This document shows, piece by piece, positions 63,171 through 64,000 of a stretch of DNA of 64,000 nt. The DNA lies in the NCBI GenBank assembly GCA_963422375.2, contig OY729428.2, positions 2,240,001 to 2,304,000 of the forward strand, in the 5' to 3' direction. A program made the position numbers and the translations under genes. Below the pieces are notes generated by a model. That model made no database searches and was not told the origin of the DNA. It saw nothing but the letters and a program-made list of their open reading frames with translations. The stretch's first letter is position 1. Each line of letters starts with the position of its first letter. Origin of the DNA: Bryobacterales bacterium. Its GTDB lineage: Bacteria > Acidobacteriota > Terriglobia > Bryobacterales > UBA6623.

Positions 63171-64000
63171 GTGCTTTTGACAGAACGTCGAAGCCCTTAG
63201 TTCCCAAGCGTTTGCAGCAGATCCGTGGGACAAAGATCGGGTCGATCCGAGCCGGCTTGCGCATTTCCGGGGCATTGTGCGACAATCTTCGTTGAGGAAC
63301 CGCCCGTGAGGACAGTTCAGGAGATCCAGCTCACCCTTGGCCGGACTGCAATCGAGGATATCGATCCCGACGTCCGTTCCCGCGACGATATCCCGGCCAT
63401 CTTGCTAGGAATACAATCCATCTATCGCACCGAGGAGTTGCGGGACAGGGTTTTCGGACTGCTCGAGAGCCGTATCCTCGGCCTCGGCGAGAGTAGCGGG
63501 AACGGCGGGAACGGAAGCGATCCTTCCGCAGGCGAGTCCGGCAGGATCAACCCTGCCCTCGGTCGTCCCGGCATGCAGCTGTGGAACATTCTCGTCCCGG
63601 GCCTGCTCAAGCAGGGATTGAATTGCGACTGCGGCCGCGTGACGGAGCTGGCGAACAAGCACGCGGACGTCCGGCGCTTCCTCGGTCTGAACGCGACGCT
63701 CGACGAGCGGGTCTTCAGCTACCGGACAGTCAACCGGAATCCGAAGCTTCTCACGCCCGACCTCCTCGCGGAAATCAATCAGCTGGCCGTGCGGGAAGGG
63801 CACGCGCTGGCGGGGTGCGAGGAAGGCGATCCGCTGAAGGCGCGGTGCGACTCTTTCGCGGTGGAAACGAACGTGCATTGCCCGACGGACGTGAGTCTCC
63901 TATGGGACGCGTTGCGCTGCCTGGTTCGCTCTATTGCGCCGCTGTGCAAGCGGCGCGGCATCGCCGGCTGGCGGCAGAGCGCGCGGCTGCCGAAGACGCT
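63171..64000 (+). mobile_element. ISDol1-like (ISNCY) element Y; transposase from GTG 63306 runs off the window
   Basis: End GTGCTTTTGACAGAAC; SRDDIPAILLGIQ, GRPGMQLWNIL, ELANKH, CDSF.VETNVH.PTD. Confidence 0.85.

Noticed and set aside
27947..64000. Diversity-generating retroelement as the cause of A-biased differences
   Set aside because: No reverse transcriptase or TR/VR pair; changes include both A->G and T->C on the coding strand, not strand-specific A->N.

Overview
GC-rich bacterial chromosomal segment. Gene content and protein style suggest Acidobacteriota (Bryobacterales-like); this is inference, not a database result. About 45 ordinary genes are present: yicC-gmk-rpoZ, trmFO-xerC, tatA, hpnJ, an MsbA-like exporter, an ECF sigma operon, sugar-acid catabolism genes, a MacAB-like ABC operon and DsbD/cytochrome c. 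Two dense clusters of insertion sequences interrupt them. (1) 27947-34995 is a composite transposon bounded by inverted ISNCY-type copies with a 9-bp flanking direct repeat; two IS1595-family elements are nested in its left copy. (2) 57486-64000 is a multi-level nest of IS1595, ISDol1-like, IS110-like, another DDE element and a MITE, inserting into each other and into each other's terminal repeats. The strongest signal is that the transposases of four IS types carry directional A:T->G:C substitutions (Y->C, W->R, L->P, Q->R, V->A, N->S) at conserved residues, visible by comparing sister copies within the window, while neighbouring housekeeping genes look intact. No rRNA, tRNA or CRISPR array was recognised.
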